Positions 1 through 12,113 of a stretch of 64,000 bases of DNA are shown here, piece after piece. The DNA is from the human T2T-CHM13v2.0 reference genome, Homo sapiens. Under the pieces are notes generated by a model. That model did no database searches and was not told where the DNA came from. It saw nothing but the letters and a program-made list of their open reading frames with translations. The first letter of the stretch is position 1. Each line of letters starts with the position of its first letter. Made by a program: the position numbers and the translations under genes. The stretch is from the NCBI RefSeq assembly GCF_009914755.1, contig NC_060937.1. One strand, given 5' to 3'.

Positions 1-299
1 AAAGAGCAGCAACAGGGCAAGGATGTTCTATCTCAATGCTCTTCAACATCACACTGAAAGTCTTACACAGCCCAAAGTGGTAAGGAAAAGAAATATAAGG
101 CATACAGAGTGAAAAGGAGGAAATAAAATTATACTTATTTGCAGATGATGTGATTTGAAGCTGGGAATATTTTCTTCAAAATGGACAGGTACAATATATA
201 AAAATATATTCTTAAGGAAAAATGGGAACTTTACTCCCCTGGAAGTCATCTTTTAGAATTTATTTTAAGTCTTTCTTATGTTATTATATGAAGGTCTGT

Positions 300-990
300 A
301 TCTTATGTAAATGACAATATGCTAACCCAATATATATTTTTTTATATTGTGCAATAATAGATATTTGGATTGATTCTAATTTTTGTACCACTACAAACAG
401 TTACTGCAAGTTATATATTCTCTTTTGTGCAGTTGTACAAGAGTTTCTATAGAATCATCCCTAGAATTGGAATAGACAAAATAGTTCAGTTATGAACATT
501 TTAAGTTGTATTAGATTATTCCTCAAATTACTCTTTTAACCTCTTGTACTAATTTGCATACCTGCCAAGAGTATATGAGGGTGTCTGTTTCCCCAAACCC
601 ACAATAAAGAATGATCAAACTTACAGATTACTATTTACCTTTTCAGCTAAAAATATCTCATTTGTAAGACTTGGATTTTGTGAGGTTTGGCATGTTTATG
701 TTGTGTATTTTTATTTCTTGTTTTCTATGCCTGCTCATATCACTTGCTCATTCTTCTGTTGGAGGTTTTATCACAGAGTTTTAAAACCTCTTTGCATATC
801 AAATAGTAATTGTTCCCTATCATGTTTCAATATTTGTTTCTAGTTTGCCTTTTGTATTTTGACATTGTGGTGATTTTGTAATGGAATTTAAATTTTTGGT
901 TGAGTCTAATCAATCGCTTCTTTTATGACTTCAAATTTTGACGTTCTTCTTTAAGTTGTCTTTTCCTTACTCAGATATGTTTTCCAAAAA
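300..990 (-). mobile_element. Old L1M (L1MC/ME-like) fragment
   Basis: T-rich decayed match to antisense L1 ORF2 3' region, e.g. 'gtactaatttgcatacctgccaagagtatatgagggtgtctgtttccccaaaccc'. Confidence 0.6.
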
Positions 991-1510
991 CAACTGTGAC
1001 TGCCTATGTTAATGGTCTGCACAATCTTTGCATGAGCACACCTGGAAAACCCTCAGTTTCCCTGACATTAGTACAATTATCTCCAGGACCTGGAGCACAA
1101 AATCAGCAAATTGAGTTGGTTAGCTTAATATATTTTTTTTGTTTTCAGTTTAGAGTGCTGGCTTGCATGTTATTTTTACCACAAGGGCTTACTGCTCCTC
1201 CCAGGGAGTCTAGACTTGACCCAAGCTCAGTTTAAGACCCCCAGAGTAGATGAGAAAGTGGATATTTCCACAATTTAAGCTGACAGAACTATTAGACTAT
1301 AATATCAACAGATCAAGTAAGCAGAAGGCATTCTTATTGTACTCGTACACTATCTCACTTATGATCTTTGTCTCTGCTCTACAAAGCCCATTTAATAGAC
1401 TTTTTATCACTTGGAGACCATTTCATCTCTTGGTATAGAATTCCACAGCCTCTGAAGCAGCCAAGGATAGCAAGTGCAAAAACACAACTTCTTTTGCGTA
1501 TGGCTATAGG

Positions 1511-1590
1511 TTGTGTGTCTTGTGTGTGTATACATATATGGTATGTGTGTGTATATGTATGTATGGTATCTACATATGTGTGTTTGTATA
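1511..1590. repeat. Degenerate (TG/TA)n microsatellite
   Basis: Alternating tg/ta/tatg units. Confidence 0.7.
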
Positions 1591-4500
1591 TTATTTGCCC
1601 TTCTCTTATTTTCTGTGAGCTTTTAATTGTGAAAAGATCCTTGATAAGGCCTTTGTTCATCAGAGAACAGAATAATTTGGGCAGGAATAATTGAATCATT
1701 GACCACCATCAAACAAAACTTCCGTTATGTACCATAGGGAAATTTTGGTTTTGGTTTCTTTGTAGTAGCATAATCATAGTCCAGCTTCTCAAAAGTCAAC
1801 CTGCAGCTGCTTGTGCTCACACATAGCACTGGGAGTCTATCTCAGCCACCATGGCTTTAAAGAACCCTGCAGGAAAGGAACTTAAAGTTCAAAGGTCAAA
1901 GTGTCCAGATTCTAAACAGAGTTAAGGTTTTCTTTCTGCTTCAGCCTAGCAGGGGTGTATTTCCCATGAGAGGTTTGTTTTTTTAACAATGGTCATTGTA
2001 ACTGATCATCTAATAAAGAATTTGTAACATCTCCCCAGGAAGTGTTAATTTAGTGCAAATGATTGTGTTCTAAATGGGTGGACCGCAGTACAAACTTCTC
2101 CCCCTTCTCCCATTCTTCAAGAAGAAACACAGTAGGATTCAGGGAAAAAATAATAATTTGTGATGAGCATTTCCCACATGAAAACACTTTTTAGTTGTTA
2201 TTTTTAAAGTCACAAGCTTTCAAGAGGAAGGACTTGTTTTTCTTAGGAAAGATTAACAGTAAGATGCCAGGCCTATGATGGCCAAAGAGAACATTCTCTG
2301 GGATTACATCGTTGCTTCTTAACATTCAGGGATGCAGGGAACTTCCCAGCATTTATTTGGAAAACAGTGTAAAAGCTAAGAAATTAAAGTTGTTTGAGCT
2401 ATATTAGAAAATCATTTATTTAAAGGAGGGAAACCATTGCAAATGAATGATATTGTTATTTTGATCCTTAGGAAGACAATTAATTATCAACAACAAGGAA
2501 ATGTGAATTTTTAAAAAGGCTGTATGCCCAATTAGTTTGAACCTAATTTAATTTGTAGCTTAAAACTAGAGCTACTAGTGAATTTAATGGTGGTTCTACC
2601 CACTGATGAATGACTGGGAATGCCAAACACATTCCGTTAGCTGTGATAACTCTGGGTTAGGACCTTGGATTAATGGGAATAATTTTAGTTTATCCTTTAT
2701 CTATTCAGAATCTAGAGCGTAATCCTGTATACATTCACATGGTTTAGCATGTAATTAAAACAAGTACATATTAATCCTCTTATACTAAATGTTTTCCATA
2801 AATAGGCAATGATAGCAGGCTGAAATGTACATGAGCAAGATCTGAATATCTTTCAAAGAGTTAAGCAAATGGCAGATGACAACCTTGAAACATGGTGGGG
2901 AAAAGTCCTTTCCACTTTCTGTGACTATCGGTGCGTGTCACATTAGAGATTATTTTATTTAAGAAGCTTTCTTGCATGTTACCAGGATTGTCTGAATTCT
3001 AAGGCATTCGTCTCACTAAACGCTGTGACTGTCTTTGGGCAGGGCGGCAAATGGACTGGTCAGTAGAAAATAATGCAGATACAGTAAGGGTCTCTGGCTG
3101 TCTCTTCTGATTGACATCCAAAACCGAAGTTATTTTCCTTCCAAGGCATAGTATTCTGAAGCTCAAAGGTGGGTGTTTATGACAACCATCCATCAGAGAC
3201 CTCTTTTCTACTCTGTGCCAAACCGTGTAGCCTGTCATCTCCGGAGGGGTCACCTGGAGACCTAGGTTCTTCAGGCCCCTCCCAGAGAGGTGAAGGTCAA
3301 CAACAAGGACAATTTCTGAAAAGGGGGGACCGCTCCCTTGGATTTTCCCCACCTACACATTCCTTCTATCAGCAACGGCGACTCACCCTGCAGAGCCTGC
3401 CCCACAAACTCATGCACACACAGCTGGTTTTTACGTGGAAAGTCAGTGTTCATGATCCAGTTGCAGCAAGGGCAAAAAAGATCTTTGGTATTTTCTCAAG
3501 CCACCAATTGAGAGTCGACTCAATACAGGGAAAAAGAAAAAGAAAACCTGAAAAGAGAGCATGTGGGCTCTTAGAGGAAGAATTCCGGATGACAGAAGCT
3601 CTGCTAAGAATGGGCTTTGAAGGGAATAGCTGTGGGAAGAGTATCTCTCTAAGTCAGGCTGAAGATTTGCCAATCCTCAGGCTTAGAGGAAAGGAAACCG
3701 AGCACCGCTGAGAGCTGAGGACTCAAAGCAACTTTTGTTTCTTATCCAGTAATGCCGCTAATGGGTCTTAAGGTTGTCAATTATGGCTTGTTGCAGGTAC
3801 AATTTCAGAATGTTACTATCGTGTATAAATGAAATAACAGAACTGGTTAATAACAAAACCACAAGCTTTTTGGTAACTGATAAAAATCATACAAAATACT
3901 TTAAAAATTGAAATATATTCCTTGCCTACTTCTGCTTACAATTCCAGAAATACTCTCTTTATTCATACCAAAAGATAAGAAATCAACTTTCATCTTAATG
4001 ATTTTAAGTATAATTAATGATTTTAAAGTATAATTCTTAAAGGTCCAATAACTTTGTTCAGAAAAAGATGATAATAGCAATAAATATATTAGTTATTCTT
4101 ACTGTAAAAAAAAAATACTTCTGATTGTGATCACAACTATTCTAACTTGTGATTTTTAAAAGATATTTTAAAGCTATACTTCATTGTTAAACATGTTAAA
4201 TTTGTATCTGTTTCATAGTATATATTAATTTAATTGATAAAAAATATTTCACATTATCTCAGCTACATAAGTGACAGAAAAATGTAAGCAAGCTGCCGCA
4301 AACAACCTGAGTGTACTAAAAAACAAAATTTCCCACCAGATTCTCAAATATCTCCTGCCATGAAAGGACAGCTGTGTTAGTCTGAAGATTCTGTTGGGCC
4401 AGGAACAATAAGCCACAAGCACTGCAGGAAGCCAGTAGATTTCGAGATCTCTCTTCTTGGTCTTTCCTGCCTTACCCTCCCTGGAGCTGCCCTTTTGTTT

Positions 4501-5299
4501 CTCACCCTCAAATCACAGCCTCTTATTATTATCCTCTTTTTCCTTAAAAAAGTAAATCAAGATCTTATTATATACCTGTGAAACCCATTTGTCAAAAAAA
4601 AAAAAATAGAGAGGGTCATCTATTCTCCCACGTGCCATGAAGAACCGCCATATGCCTTATAAATGGCCAGTGTCAAGGTGCAGACGGCAGGTGGACATAA
4701 ATTTCCCAGCCAATGGGCTTGGAAAAACAACAGGGTGCTTTCCATGTAATCTGCACCAGCACCAACACTGCTAGCTTGTCGTGCGTTTTGGTGCTAGAAA
4801 ATCATACAGTGGCACCCACACTTGCCAGTGGGGTATCCTTTTCCCCAGTCTGCCTATTTTTGAGGTGTTATATTTCTTGACAATACCAAATCAATAAACC
4901 TAATTTGCAGCAACATACCACATTACAGCATTTTATATCACACTTCCAAGAAGCAGCAGTCTAAAATCTTGACAATTTAAACCACATACCAACTCCTGAC
5001 ATTTAGATCTTTTCCAGTAAAAAATATAATACATTTTTTATATAGAATATAGCTTCTGTCTTCCCTGCTTCTGGCAATAGCAACAGCACCTCAAATGGTC
5101 CTTTAGACTTAAGATGCTGTAGCTCACACCTTAGGTCCTTTCTTCTTCTGTGTACCTCTTTCTTATCGGGCACCAAGTGTGATGACTTCTTCAGAATGTC
5201 TTCCATTCCACTTCCAGTGGCTTTATCTTTCTCCAGTGATCAGTCATTTCAGACCCAGATTATCAATCCTTTTCTTATTTTCCTTACTACCTCTCATCT

Positions 5300-5740
5300 C
5301 CACTAACTCTAATTCGTTCTACTTAAACAGCACCTGATTGGTCTTCAAAAAATCGTAATGTTTTATTTCACTCACCCAAAGCTTTCAAAGGTTGATTCCC
5401 ACTGTTTGAAATTGGCTTTCCCATTCCTCCAGCCTCTCTAGTCCAGGTTTTCAAGAGGCTCTCTCACCTCTCTACAGTGCACTGAGAGACCGGACTACTC
5501 ATATACCCTCAAACACACTGCACAGAGGCCTCACACCACGCTTTCTTCATCTACTGCTCTGATGGGAAGATGCTTCCGATCACTCTGTACTTATCAAAGT
5601 CGTACGAGTCCTCCCAGTCTCATCTCAAATGCAGCCTCCTCCATAAAGCTCCCACATATTCCTGCCTGCAAGGATTCCTCTCTCCTCTGAATGTCTCTGT
5701 CTACTTACTCTCTAGATTTAATCTGTGCATTCCAATGCAT
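5300..5740 (+). mobile_element. L2 3' fragment
   Basis: 'cagtctcatctcaaatgcagcctcctccataaagc' resembles the L2 3' consensus 'ggtctcagctcaaatgtcacctcctcagggaagcc'. Confidence 0.55.
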
Positions 5741-5989
5741 CCTTTCTATATGTTTATTATCCATTCATAGACATACACATACAAATATAGATGCATCAGA
5801 ATCCATATAAATATGTACACATATATTTTCTTTATGTAATTGCTATCATAATAAATATTGTTATGTGACTTGCCCCTTTCTATGCTACCATATATGTGGG
5901 AGATCTGACCATGGGACACCTGGAGGATAATGGGTGCTTATTTCTTTTCTGTACATCTGTATTTTTCAATTTTTCTTGTATTTTACATT

Positions 5990-6176
5990 TTAATCTATTT
6001 ATTTACTTATTTATTTTGAGATCAGGTTATGAAACTGGCTACTTTTTGTATTTTGGGTAGAGACAAGGTTTCACCATGTTGCCAAGACTGGTCTTGAACT
6101 CCTGGGCTAAAGGGATCCAGCCACCCTCGGCCCTGCAAAGTGCTAGGATTATAGGCATGAGCCACTGCGCCTGGCC
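5990..6176 (-). mobile_element. AluJ-type element with most of the right arm missing
   Basis: (TTTA)n tail, a few right-arm bases, then the linker and a full antisense left arm ending 'gagccactgcgcctggcc'. Confidence 0.8.
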
Positions 6177-6694
6177 CAAATTTTCAACAATAATCACATA
6201 CAGACTTTGTAATGGTGCATGCAAAAAATGTCATTTGCAGACCATAAAAACAAGCAGATAGAGAAGATGTCAACATAAGGGATCATGTTCTCGACTTTCT
6301 GTCTAGTAGGGAAAAAAAGATCATTTTTCACACTTATAAAAATAGATAATGGAGAGCACAAATAGCTTATCCACAACGATAATCATGTTTTTGTTTAAAA
6401 TATACTTAAGGGCCTACTAGGCTCAAAGGACTCTGATGCTCAAGCGCAAAAATGAATCAGCACCAATCCCCCCATCAGAGTGGCAGTTTCTACAAGTTCG
6501 CAGTAGGGCTCTTATGCATATTGTGTTTCTTTCCTTGAAGCTCCCCTTACAAAGAAAAGACATCTTTTCAAAGAATTTCATTTGACAGCAAGGCCAACCT
6601 ATTAACCATGATGTTATAGACAAGAGTCTATTGTTATGCAACGTATTTAATTGCTTGATTTTAATATTTAAAAAATGCTATTTTAGGTGCTTTT

Positions 6695-6870
6695 GAACTT
6701 TCAAAGCACTTTCATAACTATTACCCCATGTTACATTCTCAATAGCCCTTGTGGTAAGTTAGGCATCCTCCTCCTGCAGACAGGAAACAGACCCAGGCGG
6801 CCACGTGCCCTTGCCTTAACTCACCCAGCTAGCAAGACAGCAAAGGAGATGTCCCGGCTTCTAATTGTAT
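6695..6870 (-). mobile_element. MIR
   Basis: Antisense MIR core 'gcagacaggaaacagacccagg...cttgccttaactcacccagctag'. Confidence 0.6.
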
Positions 6871-8224
6871 GCCTTTCCCCTGAACCAAGCCAAGGAATGA
6901 ACCTTATTTTTTGACAAGAAAGATTTAGTCCTGGTCCCAGAACGAATTTTAACAATAGAACTGTGTTATAAATAAGTTGCATGGTGAGAGCCTGGTGTAC
7001 AGTGAACTCTATTTTATAGCCAAGACCATGTGGCACACACTGAGCATTCCAGTCCATCTTTTCCATGACTAACCTGGGTAACTATGAACCAGGAAAGAGA
7101 TTTGTTCAAGCACATTCCACTTGACAAGCACAAATAAATTTACTCAATTGCCTATATTCTAAAACTATCCGAGTAACAACACCATCACAGAAATAAAAGA
7201 CATCAAGTTGGTGACAAACCTGTAAGTTCAGGCACATGTAATGTCCAAAAAAATACTGATTTTCCTGTCTGACCGAATGCTGGGAATGAGTGGGGGTAGG
7301 GGACACTCACACAAAAAGGACCATCTGTTACTTATTTAAGCCATCCTTAGACAAGAATATATTACTTTTCAGAGAGAAAAATATTGTTCTTTCCAGAGGA
7401 ATAGGAATGTGATATAAACAATGAGATGAGATAAAGCTGTTTATATCAAAGGGTGAATCAGATTATAACACTGAAAAATAGTACACATTTCCTGTTATTG
7501 CTGCTATAAGTAAAACAGTATTTGAAAGACAAATTACCATGTTACTATTCTTGAAAATCCCAGGCTCTCCTATAAGTAATGACATTTTGGTACACATGAG
7601 ACTAATCAAGTACAGACATATCTCTATCCACATAATTTAAGGAGGAAAAAAATCAATCTTTTCTCCTTCAAGAAAGAGAAGAGTTTCTTTTCTTTAAAAC
7701 TTAAAGAACCAAGAAAAGTTTATATTTAAGACAAACAAAAACTGCAAATAGCGCAGGGAAGATATGAGTGGCAAGCATGCTCCCAGCGGGACTGAAGTGC
7801 AGCCTAGTTCTAGAGGCAATGTTCTGGGTCATAAACAGCAGGCAGGAAACAGACGGTCCCCAGACTTGAAGTGCTTGCAGCAGTTCACAAGCCCCGAGGG
7901 ACCTCTGCAACCACGGCTTCAGTGACATGGAGGGCAAGGAGGAGTCACAGCCTCACCTGTGGCAGGTGGCAAAGCAGCTTTCTAGTGTGAATCTCACACA
8001 CACACACATAAACATGCACACACACAGTTGGCCTTCCTTACCCATCCTGCCACCAGTTCTCGCATGTGGACCTGTGTACCTATGGAAGCCACCCTGGGTC
8101 CCAGCATGAACAGACACCAGGCACTGTCTCAGCAAGAGTCAAGAACAGGTCCCTGCTCACCTGATCTCACCTCTTAGCAACTCTCATTTTCCGAAAGAGA
8201 GAGGCAATGGCAGCTACAAGTCTG

Positions 8225-8306
8225 GGACATCTGCTCTTCTCTAAATCCAGTGAGAAGCTGATCAGGGGCATCTGCTCTTCTCTAAATCCAGTGAGAAGCT
8301 GATCAG
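8225..8306. repeat. 41-bp tandem duplication (2 copies)
   Basis: 'catctgctcttctctaaatccagtgagaagctgatcag' identical at 8228-8265 and 8269-8306. Confidence 0.95.
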
Positions 8307-8414
8307 AGCCCCCTTCTCACCTGCTGACAACCAGGGTAGCATGTGTGTCCCCACACTCAGAATGACAAGCAAGCAGCCAAAGCCACCTTGAATGACAGCC
8401 AAACACAGAGCCTA

Positions 8415-8526
8415 CCCACTAACCACTGTCCCCATGTGCCCTAGGCAGAGGGGCTTCCCAGGACAAAGGGACTTCCAGGGCTAACACAGGAAAGTCCCAG
8501 GCAAACCGGGGCTGTTAGTCACCCTT
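8415..8526. mobile_element. MER81-like hAT-Blackjack MITE
   Basis: 'aggggcttcccaggac..gggacttccagggctaacacaggaaagtcccaggcaaaccgggg..tagtcaccct' matches the MER81 body and TIR. Confidence 0.7.
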
Positions 8527-8782
8527 TGAGGGTGTTCTCTGGGCCACGGCTCCTTATGTCTGCTCACCTGTAGGCCCTGCCCCAGGAGGCTGCTTTAGGA
8601 AGCCCTGGGCCGTCAGGGTCTGATCTGCTTTTCTTTGAAAGTCCTTAACCTCTCCCTGTGTAAGTGAAGAGTGGTTTGAATGGTTATAGTTGCTTTGCGT
8701 ACATCTTAAATAAGAAAAGTCCATTCATGTGGTCTAGAAAGGAAGCAATAATTCTCTTTTCTGGCTGGATTTTGGTTTCTGG

Positions 8783-9081
8783 TTTTTTTTTTTTTTCATT
8801 GGAGACAGAGTCTCACTGTGTTCCCCAGGCTGGAGTGCAATGATGCAATCATAGCTTACTGCAGCTTCTACCTCTGGAGCTCAAGCAATCCTCCAGCCTC
8901 AGCTGACCAAGTAGCTGGGATTTCAGGCACATGTCACCACAGCAAGCTAATTTTTACATTTTTGTAAAGACAGGGTCTCACTCTTCTGCCCAGGCTGCTC
9001 TTGAACTCATGGGCTCAAGTGATTCTGCCATGTCAGCCTCCCAAGTGCTGGGATTACAGGCTTGAGGCACCATGCCTGGCC
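8783..9081 (-). mobile_element. AluJ
   Basis: Full antisense dimer with J-type positions ('atcatagcttactgcagc', 'gggctcaagtgat'). Confidence 0.9.
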
Positions 9082-9098
9082 TAGGAATAGGTCTTAAT

Positions 9099-9282
9099 CA
9101 GTGCTTCTCATTTGGCCACGTCTGGAGACCCCTCTGGTTGTCACTGTGGGAGAAGCGGTGCTCATGACATCTCCCGGGTAGAGCCAGGGTGCCGCTGTGC
9201 CTCGCACAGTGCCCGGGGCAGCCCGCACGGCACAGCATTACCTGGCCCAGAATGTCCATTGCACTGAGGTTGAGAGACCCTG
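9099..9282 (+). mobile_element. MER20 (hAT-Charlie) with a small 5' internal deletion
   Basis: TIR-like ends 'cagtgcttctca' and 'ggttgagagaccctg'; body 'tctggagac..ggttgtcac..gggtagagccaggg..ggcccagaatgtc'. Confidence 0.8.
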
Positions 9283-9737
9283 GTCTATGTTAATCCTGGG
9301 ACAGGATCAGCAACAAGCTAAGGAGGAGTCGGCTGAGAGGCTCATTCGGGGACCAGAGGTCTCCCTAAGGGCCCCTCAGCTGACACACTTCCCCAGCACC
9401 TCTTTGTGGCAGGGCAGGCCAGCTTTCCCAAAATGAGCTATGCGGGTGAGGCTTCTCCTTGGACTTTCCTCCTTCTTCTCCATTCTTCTTCCTTTCCAGC
9501 AGGCCGGACCCCAGCGCTCGCCTCTCCATGCCAGGACGCTATGTGCCTCGGTGAGTCCCTGTGCGCGCATAGCAGAGGCGCTCTCCCTTTCCACGGGGTA
9601 CTGCTTTCCCTGGGAGACGCGAAGAGGAGAGGAGGGCCCGAGTTCAAGCAGGGAGGGAATTCAGAGAGCAGTCATTCACCAAGTCCCCTCCAGCCCCAGC
9701 CCTGTGAGCCAGTCCTGCGGGTCCTGCCTTTCGCTAA

Positions 9738-10499
<762 letters not shown>

Positions 10500-10819
10500 G
10501 CATTTGCTTTTCTTTAAGGCCGTTATTTAGGACTCAAGAGAGGGACGTCAGGAGAAAAGGTGAGGGAATTGCGGGCGAGAGTGGAGAAGAGGGTAGGCAA
10601 GGTTTGGAGAAGTTGCTTTGTTCAACAGTCACCAGCCTAAGCAGCACATCAGTGCTTTCAAGTTAAAGGTAGGAAATGGAAGATAATGTATCCTGTTGAA
10701 TCTATAGGGATAATTCAGAGATAATTAAAAATATAATGACCCAAATTGGGACTGAGGAAACACGTTGGCATTAACCTCCTTGCCCGGAGAGAAGGTGCCG
10801 GGAGAGCTCGCGGTAGGTT

Positions 10820-10935
10820 TGCCACTTATTTAAGACTCCACCTCCACTTGTTCCTAACCCACTGAGAAATCGGCTCATTATTGACTCAGAGGGATGAACG
10901 CCAGATCCTGACTCACCGGTAACCACTTCCTGCAG
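10820..10935 (+). promoter_or_regulatory. Putative LINC00460 promoter with two AP-1 sites and an ETS site
   Basis: TGACTCA at 10882-10888 and 10909-10915; CACTTCCTG (ETS, reverse strand) at 10924-10932; TATTTAA at about 10827; immediately upstream of exon 1. Confidence 0.55.
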
Positions 10936-11646
10936 AAATCCTCCAGCCCTGTTAGAAATGCCTCAGCCAGGGGGACTCATCTCCTCAAACCTGGGGGACC
11001 GAGACCTATGAGAGGTCACAGCATGAGGTGACGGAAGTGCCATGTGCACAGGGTTGATTTGGTGGCTCTAATTCTTATAACATAAAAGCTTGCTTCTTAG
11101 CATAGTTCTTGCAGTGTTAATTTTAGAGACACATAACGGAGAGGAGTAGGGAAATAAAGACCTGTCTGGTCCTTCCCCACTTCCCTAATCCATCTGTCTC
11201 CCTTGCTATGTCTCTAAACCTTCTCCAGCCAGGACATCGGAGGTACCCAGACATTGTTATGAAACTCCGCATGTGCCCCTGGTGGACGCTGCTGGACCCA
11301 GCATGCACACTTCTCGGCTAAGAGTCACCCTGGATGAACCACCATTGCCAGCGGGGAGCATGTTGCAGCTTTCCCACGCAGTGGATGAGAACGAAGGTTA
11401 CGACCATTGTGTGGGAGGCGTCTGTGTAGCAATTGCTGGAATCACTGTGAGTAGTCCGTGTCACATGTGTCTCCCCTGATCTCTCAACGTCTCTTCTTCC
11501 CTCTCCACTCCCACTGTCTAACTTTATTCCTCTTTTTTTTTCTACCCCTTTCCGGAGACAGTGTGGCATTGTAGAAAGACTGAGCGTGGGAAAGAAGACG
11601 CATTCTGAAGTCACCCCGATTTATGTTAAATTATCACCTTGACTAC

Positions 11647-12013
11647 TGCTATAGAACGAATGTTTATGTCCCCCACCCAAATTCGTATGCTAAGACCTAA
11701 TAGCCAATAAGATAGTATTAATAGATGGGGCCTTTGGGAGGTGAGTGGCTCATGAGGGCAGAGTCCTCAAAACCAGATAAGTGCCCGAATAAAAGGGGCC
11801 CCAGAGAGATCCCTTGCACCGTCTACCATGTGAAGTGTAGAACACAGCGAGAAGGCCACCTATGAGCCAGAACGTGGGCCCTCACCAGAACCCAGTTGTG
11901 CTGGCACCCTGATCCTGGACTTCCAGCCTCCAAAATGACGACAAAGAAGTTTGTTTTTCCTGAGCCATCCACTTCAAAGTATTCTGTCATAGCTCCCCAA
12001 ATAGACTAAGACA
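11647..12013 (+). mobile_element. MLT1A0-like MaLR solo LTR in LINC00460 exon 3
   Basis: 'tgctatagaacgaatgtttatgtcccc...ggggcctttgggaggtga...gactaagaca'; TG..CA ends; TSD actac/tctac. Confidence 0.85.
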
Positions 12014-12107
12014 TCTACTTAACCTTGGTCAAACGTTTAACCTTGGAGTCCACGCCTCTGAAATGGTGACAATAACACTGTGTATTTCCTACTTTATGAT
12101 CAGGATT

Positions 12108-12113
12108 AATAAA
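12108..12113 (+). terminator. Poly(A) signal AATAAA of LINC00460
   Basis: Canonical hexamer at the end of exon 3 with GU/U-rich sequence downstream (12160-12260). Confidence 0.65.

Noticed and set aside
3169-3711. Longest ORF in the window (180 aa, +)
   Set aside because: GTG start, no recognisable domain, no supporting exon structure; consistent with a chance frame.
7954-7968. Inverted E-box pair CACCTG-tgg-CAGGTG (ZEB/SNAI-like)
   Set aside because: Short motif pair expected by chance in 64 kb, with no supporting context.
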